Shown here piece by piece: positions 31,643 to 43,028 of a stretch of DNA of 64,000 nt; position 1 is the first letter of the stretch; every line of letters starts with the position of its first letter. Location: positions 3,224,001-3,288,000 of the forward strand of contig OX442314.1 in assembly GCA_949358305.1 (NCBI GenBank). The letters run 5' to 3'. Source of the stretch: Strigamia acuminata. Taxonomy: Eukaryota. Made by a program: the position numbers and the translations under genes. Under the pieces are notes generated by a model. It made no database searches. It was given only the letters and a program-made list of their open reading frames with translations, and was not told the origin of the DNA.

Positions 31643-32857
31643 CAGGGTGGAACAAAAGTCTGTTCCCCTCAAATATTTCCTCAGCAATTGCATCTAGGCC
31701 AACTTTGATGAAGCGATCGTATAGGAAGTTGGGTGAGAGCAATCCAATGATCTCATCAAATTTGACCTTGACGACCATTTTCAAGGATATTCACTTGCTA
31801 ACTTCTAAACCAATCAGGTTAGAGCAAAAAAGTCAATTACAAAGTTGTAGAGCACCATCAAATTAGTACTATCCAACTTATCTTAGTGATCTTAAGTTAA
31901 ATGTTTTCCTTTTAAAAAGGAGACAAATCAGCTGAAATAAAGCTAGCCATTGTGACAAAACTTAAATTTCTATCACAAAAATACTAAATTACTTAAATAA
32001 ACGTATTCAAATGTGCATCATTATGCAAGTAAACAAGAAAAACCACTGCCTTTTTTAATGCCTCAATAATTATTTTATCACAAGATTAACCCTTGGCTAC
32101 ACGGATTTATGGACAAGCTTTTTCTTGAATAGAAAAATTTTTTTTCCTATAAATTTTTTCTGCTGAAAATTTGTGACTTTGTTTATCTGATAATAAAGTA
32201 AATCTCAGGTGAAATTTGTAATGATTCATCATTTATTTAAATATTCAACTTAGAAATTTTCTGCCCCTTAAAACTCCAGCATAACTTTTAAGCTGGCTTT
32301 GCTGTATTTGTAAACAGCGCTTCAGTGAACAGCTTTTTGCATTTACCAGTAGTGATTAAAACCACCTCCAGATGGCTCAAATCTATTTATTTTTATTGTT
32401 TAGGCATTACGTCCTCAATAAAATTAGTTCCGAACTAATAACAAACTAAATAACGCTTTAACCAATCGACTTAAAAATTGTCCATAAATCCGTAATGGCT
32501 TAACCAGAACGGCACATTTTATCCTTATGCCTCCGAGGGTTAAAAAATTTCACTTTGCTAATTTTTTTGTGATTTTTCTCCTTTTTAAAAAGAAAACATT
32601 TAACTTAAGATCACTAAGATAAGTTGGATAGTACTAATTTGATGGTGCTCTACAACTTTGTAATTGACCTTTTTGCTCTAACCTGATTGGTTTAGAAGTT
32701 AGCAAGTGAATAACCTTGAAAATGGTCGTCAAGGTCAAATTTGATGAGATCATTGGATTGCTCTCACCCAACTTCCTATACGATTGCTTCATCAAAGTTG
32801 GCCTAGATGCAATTGCTGAGGAAATATTTGAGGGGAATAGACTTTTGTTCCACCCTG
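31643..32857. mobile_element. Non-autonomous Tc1/mariner-type MITE with about 280-bp TIRs
   Basis: CAGGGTGGAACAAAAGTC...GACTTTTGTTCCACCCTG flanked by TA; sits between the divergent ATPase and PLA2 genes. Confidence 0.88.
32090..32539. mobile_element. Possible piggyBac-like MITE nested in the Tc1 MITE
   Basis: TTAA|CCCTTGG...CCGAGGG|TTAA with an asymmetric subterminal inverted repeat ACGGATTTATGGACAA (32101-32116 and 32478-32493). Confidence 0.5.
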
Positions 32858-32919
32858 TATATATATATTTTTTTTATATATTTATTTATACATTTATATA
32901 TAAAAAATAAAGACGAGAC

Positions 32920-33423
32920 ATGTATTGCGTTAAATGTCGAAAGTCCATCCCAACGGGCAAGTTGGAAATGGGCGTGACGAAGAACAATAGAGCATTCAAA
33001 AGAGGTAAATGCTCGACGTGCGGGACGACAAAATATCAGTTCGTAAAAAAAAAATCTCCGATAAGGGGCAAAGGACTAATCAATAAGCTCATCAATAAAT
33101 TACCGATCGAAATGCACATCCCCGGCTACAATTATTGCGGGCCCGGCACGAAATTGGATAAACGATTAGCCAGAGGCGATAAGGGAATTAATCCGTTGGA
33201 CGAAGCTTGTAGATTGCACGACATAGCGTACGTGAACAAAAATTTGGCCGCGAGACACGAGGCGAATAGGAAATTGGTCGAAGCTTGCGATTCGATCATA
33301 GCCGATCCGACGATCAGTTTAAGCACGAAATTAACCGCCAGGGCAATCAAAGCCACGTTCCGAGCCAAACTTAAATTGGGAATGAGCTTAAAAAAAAAGA
33401 TAAAAATAAAGTGTCCGAGATAG
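32920..33423 (+). CDS. Zn-ribbon plus parvovirus-type phospholipase A2 protein (PLA2X-like)
   Basis: CxxC...CxxC N-terminus; calcium loop YCGPG and catalytic LDEACRLHDIAY. Confidence 0.9.
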   Translation: MYCVKCRKSIPTGKLEMGVTKNNRAFKRGKCSTCGTTKYQFVKKKSPIRGKGLINKLINKLPIEMHIPGYNYCGPGTKLDKRLARGDKGINPLDEACRLHDIAYVNKNLAARHEANRKLVEACDSIIADPTISLSTKLTARAIKATFRAKLKLGMSLKKKIKIKCPR

Positions 33424-34355
33424 AGCAGCTGGTAAGTGAATTACACAAGCCGGCACGCAGACATTACGTAAGACGTCCGGTTTCGTCGTTCGGGATAAAC
33501 GATGTATGGCAAATCGATTTGGTAGAGATGGTCCCATTTTCGCGCGTGAACCAAGGGTACAAGTACTTGTTGACGGTGATCGATGCATTCTCCAAATTCG
33601 CGTACGCGGTTCCCATCAAATCGAAGACGGGCAAAGACGTAACGGCGGCATTTGAAAAGGTGCTCGCGAGAGCCGTGTCGGGCCCGACGAATTTGGCATC
33701 CGATTGGGGCAAAGAGTTTTACAATTCCCATTTCAAAGCGCTCCTGAAGAAACACGACATCAATCATTTTTCCACACACTCCATCTTGAAAGCCAGTATG
33801 GTCGAGCGTTTTAATCGCACGCTTAAGGAGATGGTGTACAAACATTTTACGTTGAAAGGTTCACGTAAATGGGTATCGGTTTTACCACACTTGTTGAGTC
33901 GATACAACGCAACGGTGCATAGAACTACCAATATGAAGCCCAAAGACGTCACGCACGAGCACGAAAAACGGCTCAGACTGAAATTGCTTCCCGGGCCGGC
34001 TACGTCGAAGCCTAAATTCAAAGTCGGGGACAGAGTGCGTATTTCCAAATCCAAATCCATTTTTGAAAAGGGTTTTCTCCAATCTTGGACAAACGAGGTC
34101 TTTTTGGTAGACGAGGTCGATTTAACGTACGAACCTCCCGTTTACAAACTTAGAGATTCGCGAGGCGAACGGATCGATGGTTCCTTTTACACGGAAGAAC
34201 TACAGAGAACGGCAACCGGGATAAACGACCCCTACTTGGTCGAAAGGGTTATCAGAAAAAAAAGAAACGAGGATGGATCATTGAGGTACTTAGTGAAATG
34301 GAAAGGCTTAGATGAGTCGCATAATTCGTGGGTCGAAGAATTGATTGATTTATAA
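33411..34355 (+). CDS. Polinton retroviral-type (rve) integrase with C-terminal chromodomain
   Basis: WQID, SDWGKEF and VERFNRT (DDE); chromodomain YLVERVI...YLVKWKG...NSW; no ATG precedes the first catalytic Asp. Confidence 0.94.
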   Translation: MSEIEQLVSELHKPARRHYVRRPVSSFGINDVWQIDLVEMVPFSRVNQGYKYLLTVIDAFSKFAYAVPIKSKTGKDVTAAFEKVLARAVSGPTNLASDWGKEFYNSHFKALLKKHDINHFSTHSILKASMVERFNRTLKEMVYKHFTLKGSRKWVSVLPHLLSRYNATVHRTTNMKPKDVTHEHEKRLRLKLLPGPATSKPKFKVGDRVRISKSKSIFEKGFLQSWTNEVFLVDEVDLTYEPPVYKLRDSRGERIDGSFYTEELQRTATGINDPYLVERVIRKKRNEDGSLRYLVKWKGLDESHNSWVEELIDL

Positions 34356-34418
34356 AAAAAATTATATATATTTAAAAAAAAGAAAAAAAGAAAAAAAGAA
34401 AAGAAAGAAAGAAAAAAA

Positions 34419-34640
34419 ATGAATAACCTCGAAATATTCAACTCGGCCAATAATCATTTACGAATCGATCATTTCAAAAACGTATTACCGATTGATTGTT
34501 TGATGCCACTGGCGAGACATCGCGGTAAGAACGAAAGCTTCGTAATAAATTTAGATCCTTCGACGGGACCGGGTACACATTGGGTGAGTTTGAGTATACG
34601 TGACGACGTAGCGGAATACTTCGACAATTTGGGTCGCATT
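34419..34640 (+). CDS. Adenain-like protease copy 2, N-terminal part (split by Copia C)
   Basis: INLD...GTHWV...EYFDNLG; joins 40005-40205 in frame (140 aa). Confidence 0.85.
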
Positions 34641-37600
34641 TGTTGAAATATAATATGTGACCGCTTATGTATCTATGTTTATGTCATATTGTCAAGCAGT
34701 AATGCTTTCTAATTGTTATGACCTTTCGTTTGTATTTACTTTTAGCTGCACGACTAATAGCAGCTTTGTTTACATTGTGTTTGCATTTGTGGCCATAAGG
34801 TGGCGCTGTATACCGTGTGGCCAGTCATGTGACTAAAAGAATAAATCTTTCACTCTGTGTTCAGCTTCTAAGCAGCAACCAAGTTGTCTCTTTATTTCTC
34901 ATCCAGAGTTCTTCCAATTCCACTGCAAAACCACGGAATTATAAGTGGTTTCCTGCACAACTCAACAAGGTTATGGGCCAATCAACCCAGGAAACTTTTG
35001 GAAAAGTTTTGGAGAATTTTCATCCATTTGGAGGTCATCTGGATAAAATCCAACATGGCGGCGCCCATGATAAAGATTGTCAACTTGTGTTTGGACCAGT
35101 GCTTAGCAGAGTTTGAAGCTGATTTGGATCACCAAACAACACGGAAACACTAGTTGGGTTCGAACAATATAAAATCTTTATTCATACGTTTTTCCTTTTT
35201 CCGAATTTCGGACGTTTTGCCCACGTATCGCAAGCGGCGATACGTATCGTCAACGGGACGAATATTTCGGTTGGCAAACGAATCAACCGGTGCGATAATT
35301 CTCGGCAACCACACGTGAAGTGTAAACCGAGATTTTTGGACAGGAATAAGCAACAAGGAGCTGAAAAACGACGGACAATTGGCGAAAAGTTTGCGAGGTG
35401 CATACAAGACGAAAATCGACGGGAAAGAACAATAGTGGGCTCGAAAATACACGTGAAGTGTGATACAACGGGAGACAAAGCAGGGAAGCATCTCGAAGAC
35501 ACCATATTTATGAACAATTATCGTGTTTTATTTTCGAAATTATTACATTATTGCATTGTTAGCTTAGAGTTGTGTGAGGATAAATACTAACCTACTTTAA
35601 GAGCGAACTAACCTCGCAACACTGCACTACGTTGCGAAAATTCAGTAGAGAAAGTGTTTTTTTTGACGAGAATAAGTGTTCGTATCAAGTGGGAAAACAA
35701 GTTCGAGTCTTTTACAATCGTGAATCACAATGGAATCGGACAAATTGGACAGAAAAGTCACACTACTGAACCGTACAAATTACGACAGTTGGAAACAGCA
35801 AATTAAGGTGCTGTTGATGCTTTCAACATGGGACAGAACAATTCAAACACAAAGAACAGTGATAACACGCCCAAATCCCAACAACAAGGAAATTACAGCC
35901 AAAACAATCGTGGTTTTCAAGGCGGACAAAAGGGCGGCAAATCGAGTTATCGAGGCGGCAAAAATTCAAGGAGTTTTCGCGGGAATACGACCGGATCATC
36001 ACCACGGGGGCCGTGTTTTCGATGTAACCAACCAGGACATTGGGCGAGAGATTGCACAGTGCAACTCGCACCAAACAACAATTTGAACACGAACACAATT
36101 GAGGAATTGGATGCCAACATGATGGATGTCGGCTTTTTGACAGAATTGGCTAAAGAAGAAACATTGCAGTGCAGCGCACCCGGGAATTGCTGGATCTATG
36201 ATACAGGAGCAACCGGACATTTCTGCAAAGAAAAGGACCAATTTTTCAATTTTAAACAAGCCACGGGAACCATCAGCCAAGCAGATAAAAAAACATTAAT
36301 CCAAATACAAGGAGTTGGTGATGTTTGCGTGATGTGTGTCGTGGGAAAGGAAACGATTCCGATAACCTTAAAGAAGGTTTATTATGCGCCAGACTTGAGA
36401 CGAAATTTGATGTCGGGGCCATGTATTGACGAGGCAAGATGCAAAGTCGCGATTGGCTCTGGAATTGTTAAAGTTTACGATCCGCAGTGGCAAAGACAAT
36501 TAATGCAAGCGGAGAAGAAGGATAGACTTTATTACATCAAAACGAGTGATCAAAAGCCTGATTTTGACAAACTGAGATTGAAGGCAAACAACAAAGCGAA
36601 TACGGGCGAGCAACAAAACGAGGAACCAACTAGTTCAACTAAAAAGGCATCCAGTCCAGAGGAAGCGAGGTTGTGGCACGAGCGACTTGGACACATCTAC
36701 TTCCCAAGCGTGCAAGAGATGAGCAAGCGGAATGCAGTAATTGGGCTGCCAATCCTCGACGTGCCAATTACACAGTGCGACGTCTGCACGTTGGCGAAGA
36801 AGAAATCGGTCTCTCACAAATCGCTGCCTGGAATTCGGTCGAAGGAACCATTACAACTTCTGCACATGGATGTATGCGGAGCGTTTAACACAGCAACGCT
36901 GTCAGGAAATAGATATTTCCTCACCATTACAGACAATTTCTCCCGCTATTCTACAGTGTACCTCATGAAGAGAAAGGACGAGGTATTTGACATTTTCCAG
37001 AAACACGTCAAACGAATAGAACGATTGTTAGGAAAATCGGTTTTGGCAATTCGGACGGACAATGGAATGGAATTTTGTTCAAATAAATTTGGAGAATACC
37101 TAGAGGGACTTGGCATCAATCACGAGAGGACCAACGCGTACACACCTGCCCAAAATGGCGTGTCGGAAAGATTAAACCAAACGTTGGCCAATGGGATGCG
37201 AGCCCTTATTTATGATGCAAAATTGGAGCACAGATTTTGGGGAGAAGCCATCCTCACTTTCAATTACCTTAGAAACAGAATAGCCAAGTTAAATTCGGAC
37301 AAAACCCCGATGGAGTTGTATTATGGACGCAAACCATCACTCCGACATTTAAGAAAATTCGGAAGCCTATGCTTCGTGCAAAAGAGAGTGCGAGATGGAA
37401 AGATAGACAATAAAGCTTTGCACGGGATTATGCTTGGAAACTCTAGAATCACAAAGGGATATCGAGCATGGCTGCCGGACTTTTCAAAAGTCATCGAGAC
37501 TAGCGACGTTAAGTTTGTGGAAAGCAAGCGCGGAGTTGAAGGCGTGCTGGGCCTACCTGAGAAATACACGACATTTATTGACAATTTGAACGATAATTTG

Positions 37601-39999
37601 GACAATAACAACGATCGTCAGTATTATTCAGATGAAGATGTGAGGCCGCCGCTACCCCCGCCAGCGCCAATCAAAAGGAAAGAGGATCCACAACTAGAGT
37701 TACCTCAATTGAGACTCAAATTCAGATTGCCGGAAGAAAAGCTTCAAACCAGACCGCCAGCAATCATACCACAAGCGAGGGCACAAGATCCAGATCCAGT
37801 ACGGACAGTCCCACATCTTGTGTGGAAGAAAACAGAGAAGTTTAGGCCAACTGGACAGAAGGATGTCGAATACACAATTGAAGGATACGACAAGCCTAAA
37901 TTACGATCAATACCTGAAGTCAAACGCTATTGTGCGGATCACAATCTTTGTGTTCCAGAACACCTATTCGAAGACAAGAGAAGAAAGAAACCTTCTGAGT
38001 CGAATGCAACGGCAGACTATTCAGACGCGGACATAAACGAATTAACTCTCGATTTTGAGGCTAATCATCTCGACGTCTATGTACCTGCACGATTTGAGCA
38101 GATAGCCGACCTTCCTGAAAAGAAAGAATGGGATCAAGCGATGTGCGACGAGATTGATACGATGCATGAGCGAGATGTGTGGGAACTGGTTCCACCACCA
38201 CCTGATACGAAGATCATCGGTTGCAAGTGGATTTACACTGTGAAGCTAAATGACAAACAGGAAATCGCACGCTATAAGGCAAGACTCGTGGCGCAGGGCT
38301 TCTCGCAAGTGTACGGAGAATCGTATGAAGAGACATTCTCACCTGTCGTGGACTTCTCGATTGTTCGATTCATGTTCACATTACTCGTCTGTATGCTGAA
38401 GTGGAGCTACATCCAGGCCGATGTGAAGTGTGCATATCTTTATGCAAAACTACATAAAACCGTTTACATGCGACAACCAAAAGGTTTTGTTTGTCAAGGC
38501 AAAGAAAATTATGTTTGTCGACTCCTTCGAGCCATTTATGGTCTACACCAGTCGGGACGAGAATGGGGCATCGAATTGGAGGACACTTTGTTAAAGCTTG
38601 GACTGCAACATGTAAATTGGTGCAATTGCGTCTACAAATATGGCAACATCGCGTATTTGATAGTCTACGTCGACGATATTGTTGTGTTTGGAAAACAACA
38701 CGAAGACGCAATGAAAGTACTCGACATGGTCAAAACTCAATTCGACTTAGTCATCTTAGGACAGACGAGAAAACTGTTGGGAGTTGAGTTCTACCCATAT
38801 GATCAACGCATGGTCTTACATCAAAGATCATATATCAACAAAGTTCTACTGAAGTTCAAGAACCATCTAGACTTTGTAAAAATCCGATCCCAACCGATGA
38901 CAAAGGCAACTATCCTTACAAAGCAAAGTTGTCCAAGTACGATTGAAGACTGCAAGATAATGGAGGGAATTCCTTATCGAAGCTTGCTGGGATGTTTGGC
39001 GTTTATCGCATCGAGGACAAGACCCGATATGACCTACGCTGTTAATATCCTAAGCCAGTTCCAGTCCAACCCCGGATGGGACCATTGGATCGCATTGCTC
39101 GACTTGCTCAGTTACCTGAGGACGACGAGGAGCTTTGGATTGATGCTGTTCCCAAATGATCGAGTAGAAGTCATTGGCTATAGTGACTCTGACTACGCAA
39201 ACAACAGGGATGACCGTATCTCCATTGGAGGAACACTCATACACTAGGAAGTTCACCAATATACTGGAGAACATTTAAACAGCGAAATGTCACGCTGTCG
39301 ACCATGGAAGCCGAATATGTGGCCCTTACTGAAACAGTAAAGGACCACATATGGATTGTAAGAGTTCTGCATGAAATCGTCCCCGAACTCGCTGATAGGT
39401 TTAATCACCATATTTTATGCGACAACATCTCGACGGTTGACTTCACCAAATCCAATGTGGAGAATCGAAAGACCAAGCATATTGATATTAGATATCATTT
39501 TATTCGAGAGCTTGTGAGAAGGGACAATCTTCAAATTACGCATGTGGGGACGAAATCCAACTACGCAGATATATTTACGAAGTCAGTCGACAAAACTGAC
39601 CTGGTTCAATTCTGTAATCGTTTCCTGGTTGACTTAACTATTTTAAGCGCTTGATAATATGAGGGGGCCGATTGTTGAAATATAATATGTGACCGCTTAT
39701 GTATCTATGTTTATGTCATATTGTCAAGCAGTAATGCTTTCTAATTGTTATGACCTTTCGTTTGTATTTACTTTTAGCTGCACGACTAATAGCAGCTTTG
39801 TTTACATTGTGTTTGCATTTGTGGCCATAAGGTGGCGCTGTATACCGTGTGGCCAGTCATGTGACTAAAAGAATAAATCTTTCACTCTGTGTTCAGCTTC
39901 TAAGCAGCAACCAAGTTGTCTCTTTATTTCTCATCCAGAGTTCTTCCAATTCCACTGCAAAACCACGGAATTATAAGTGGTTTCCTGCACAACTCAACA
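34641..39999 (+). mobile_element. Copia LTR retrotransposon C (divergent MBD-like domain), gag-deleted
   Basis: 327-bp LTRs 34641-34967 and 39673-39999; TSD GCATT; PBS GGTTATGGGCC (half-tRNAi-Met type); PPT GAGGGGGCCGAT. Confidence 0.95.
35730..39654 (+). pseudogene. Copia C polyprotein with most of gag deleted (about 35820) and a frameshift in RNase H (about 39240)
   Basis: Alignment by eye with the related Copia E ORF; protease YDTGA, integrase, RT YVDD and KHIDIRY are present. Confidence 0.9.
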
Positions 40000-40004
40000 G
40001 CATT

Positions 40005-40205
40005 CCCCCGAAAGAAATATTCCAATACGTCGGTGAAGACGTAGTCGTAAATTTCAGCACGGATGCGACGTATTCGTCATCGTCAAAGGCGGATAACTGC
40101 GGAGTTTACAGCCTCCTTACGCTGTATTTATCAACAAATCTTAACCTCGAACGAAATACAATCAATAAAATTATTCTCGCGATGGTCAGTCTAGGTTTGC
40201 TTTAA
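40005..40205 (+). CDS. Adenain-like protease copy 2, C-terminal part
   Basis: PPKEI...DNCGVYSL contains the catalytic Cys. Confidence 0.8.
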   Translation, partial: PPKEIFQYVGEDVVVNFSTDATYSSSSKADNCGVYSLLTLYLSTNLNLERNTINKIILAMVSLGLL

Positions 40206-40227
40206 TGTACCAAAGTTCAACGGGCAC

Positions 40228-40612
40228 CCGATAGCCCCGTAGCCCCGTAGCCCCATAGCCCCATAGCTTCGTAGCCACATATCCACGCAGCTTAATAGCT
40301 TAATAGCTTCATAGCTTAATAGCTTCGTAGCTTCATAGCGCCATAGCTTCGTAGCTTTATAGCTTAATAGCTTCATAGCTTTATAGCTTTATAGCTTCAT
40401 CGCTTCATAGCTTCATCGCCCCATCGCCCATCGCCATCGCTTCATCGCCCATTGCTTCATCGCCCCATCGCCCATTGTCCCATAGCCGCATGGCTCCATA
40501 GCCCGATAGTCCTATAAGCCCATGGCCCCATGGCCCCATGGCCCGATAGCTCGATAGCCCCATAGGCCGAGAGCCCCATAGCCTGATAGCCTGATAGCCT
40601 GATAGCCGCATA
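40228..40612. repeat. Degenerate 8-10-bp tandem array (ATAGCCCC / ATAGCTTC / ATCGCCCC)
   Basis: Directly visible minisatellite inside the Polinton. Confidence 0.9.
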
Positions 40613-41379
40613 GGTTATGGGTTAAAAACCCATAACCTTTAACCCTTAATCATACGCTCGCTATAAAGATAATTCAATATACATTTTTTTTTTCTCAAAA
40701 GTGAAATATTTTTAAAGTTAATCGAAGTTTCATATTTTTCAATTTTACCGAGAAAATGTTTCAAATCGAGCGGACGGTGTTCAAACATTTAACGGCATGT
40801 AAATATAATTACCGTCGATTTTTTTTTTTCAAAAAAGAAAAAATGAAAAAATTTTGTATATATAAAAAAAGAAACAGATCGAACGCAATTTGAGAAAAAA
40901 AATAATAAGAATAAACAGATCGTCATGTATCTATTCCAAATCCATCAAAACAAAACAGCGGAAGAAAAATTAATCATTTTGAAACAACTGTCAATATTTC
41001 TATTAGTGAATTATGGAGGAGTGGTAAAAGAAAAAACACAGTGTTCGATGCTTTGGCAGCCTCATCAACTCGTAAAGAGACAGACTCTGTAAGAGAGGTT
41101 AGGAAAGTTTTACAACCTAAATATAGCTGAAATTAGGTTTGTTCATGATGGACTTACGCTATCAGAACTGAACGAATTGGAAAAAATCAATCACTTGTTC
41201 GGCTAATCGAAACGAGTAAACATATAAACATGTAAGGCATAAACATTAATCGATTAAACCAATTCATATAGCTAAAAAAAAGGTTAATCAATTATTATAG
41301 CTAAAGAGATTAATCAATCATTATAGCTAAAAAGGTTAGGGGTTACAACCCCTAACCTTACCCAAGCTAAAGTATAGAC

Positions 41380-42955
41380 TTAATATATAAAAATAAAATA
41401 AAAACTTACTTTGACGGTGAGCTTCTTTTTCCATTTTTCCTCCCACTTTGGGAAAAATATGGAATTGTGTCCGTCATGTGAATACTTCCGTCTTTCTTCC
41501 GAAGTTGATGAGAAAAAAATTGAAACGTCCAGCGTGGAAACAGCAGCCTTTTCAAGTGTGAGGGGTGGGAACCACTGATTTAATGTAGGGTTTGATGTCC
41601 TTTATATACATTTTTAATTATGTTAATGGGCTAGTCCATTATTCGCGGGTAAACGATCTCTGATTGGCTGGTTTTTACCTTTTCTGCCGTTTCACTCCTC
41701 AAAAAAATCCGCCTTGAAAAAATAGTCCGCCTCGAAAAATTAAAGAATCAATTATGGCGACATACCAAATCTAACCCTCAGATGCTCGGCTGCGTTTTTT
41801 TTAGGCTCCTCAAACATCATTTAAAAAAATTAAATAATTAATCAATTCACGCGTGGTTCACGATATTTCATCAGTTTTGCAGCAATACACAAAACAATGA
41901 TGCAATAATGGAGGTAGATTGATTAATTAGGGCTAGAAAAAAATACCGAAAGGTAGGGGTTAGTCTTTCTAATTGTAGCACAGATAGAACCTTCTACTTT
42001 TTTTTAAATGAAAGAGGAATGCCAGTTTAGTAAACCGACATATTTAAAAAACACGCTCGCCGCATTAAAAATTGATAAATTTTGGGCTGGAAACGATATC
42101 AAAAACGATCCGTTTACACAATTAAAACTACCGAAACGCACTTTCGTTCGTATTACACGAACCATTAGGCCTAGAAGTTCGTTCTTTTTTTACGAAGAAA
42201 GCTCGTTCTTTTGTCTACGTCTCGATGTATTTTATAAAATTTTAGGTGCTTTTAAAAGTACTTTATTTTGACGCCGAAAGTACCGTTAAAACACTGAATT
42301 GGCATCCATTTTTATTTAGTCATTAATCATTCGCCCCCACCGAATGGAGGGAGGCGGAACATCAAGGTCACTTCTTCAACTTAAAGTCGCCACATGGAGT
42401 TGTAGTAGTGGAGTTGTAAAAATGACCTTGGTGTCCCGCTGCTCTGCTAATCTCCATTACAGTCGTGCAAATGACTGGTGTCAAATTCATTGTTGTTTGA
42501 GAAGCATAAAAAAAAAAAAACGCAGCCGAGCATCTGAGGGTTAGATAAGATATGACGCAGTATTTAATTGTATAATTTTTCGAGGCGGACTATTTTTTCA
42601 AGGCGGATTTTTTTAAGGGGTGAAACGGCAGAAAAGGTAAAAACCAGCCAATCAGAGATCGTTTACCCGCGAATAATGGACTAGTCCATTGACGTAATTA
42701 TGAATGTATAAAAAGAGCGCCGATCTCCCGCAATAAATCAGTTCCCCTCCCTCCTTACGATTGAAAGGGCCGCTGTTTCCACGCTGGACGTTTCAATTTT
42801 TTGCTCATCGGAAGAAAGACGAAGGTATTCACATGACGGACACAATTCCATATTTTTCCAATATGGAAAAAAAAAATGGAAACGAACGGAAGAACTACCA
42901 GATCATCCGTCAAAGTAAGTTATTTTTTTATTTGTTTATTTTTTTTATATATTAA
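41380..42955. promoter_or_regulatory. Large imperfect inverted repeat (arms about 41380-41816 and 42494-42955) carrying divergent CCAAT-TATA-Inr cassettes
   Basis: The arms are reverse complements; CCAAT 42648, TATAAAAA 42707, TCAGTT 42738; the cassette is homologous to the pPolB promoter; each arm ends near a GTAAGT. Confidence 0.7.
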
Positions 42956-43028
42956 CCCTAGCCAACACTCGGACACTTTTACGGCGAAATAATCGAAAGC
43001 CACAACTCATAACCTCGAACCTTTATAT

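Noticed and set aside
40191..40611. ORFs over the ATAGC minisatellite
   Set aside because: They are low-complexity repeat translations.
42008..42271. 87-aa ORF in the inverted-repeat spacer
   Set aside because: It has no recognisable motif or independent support, so I cannot call it.
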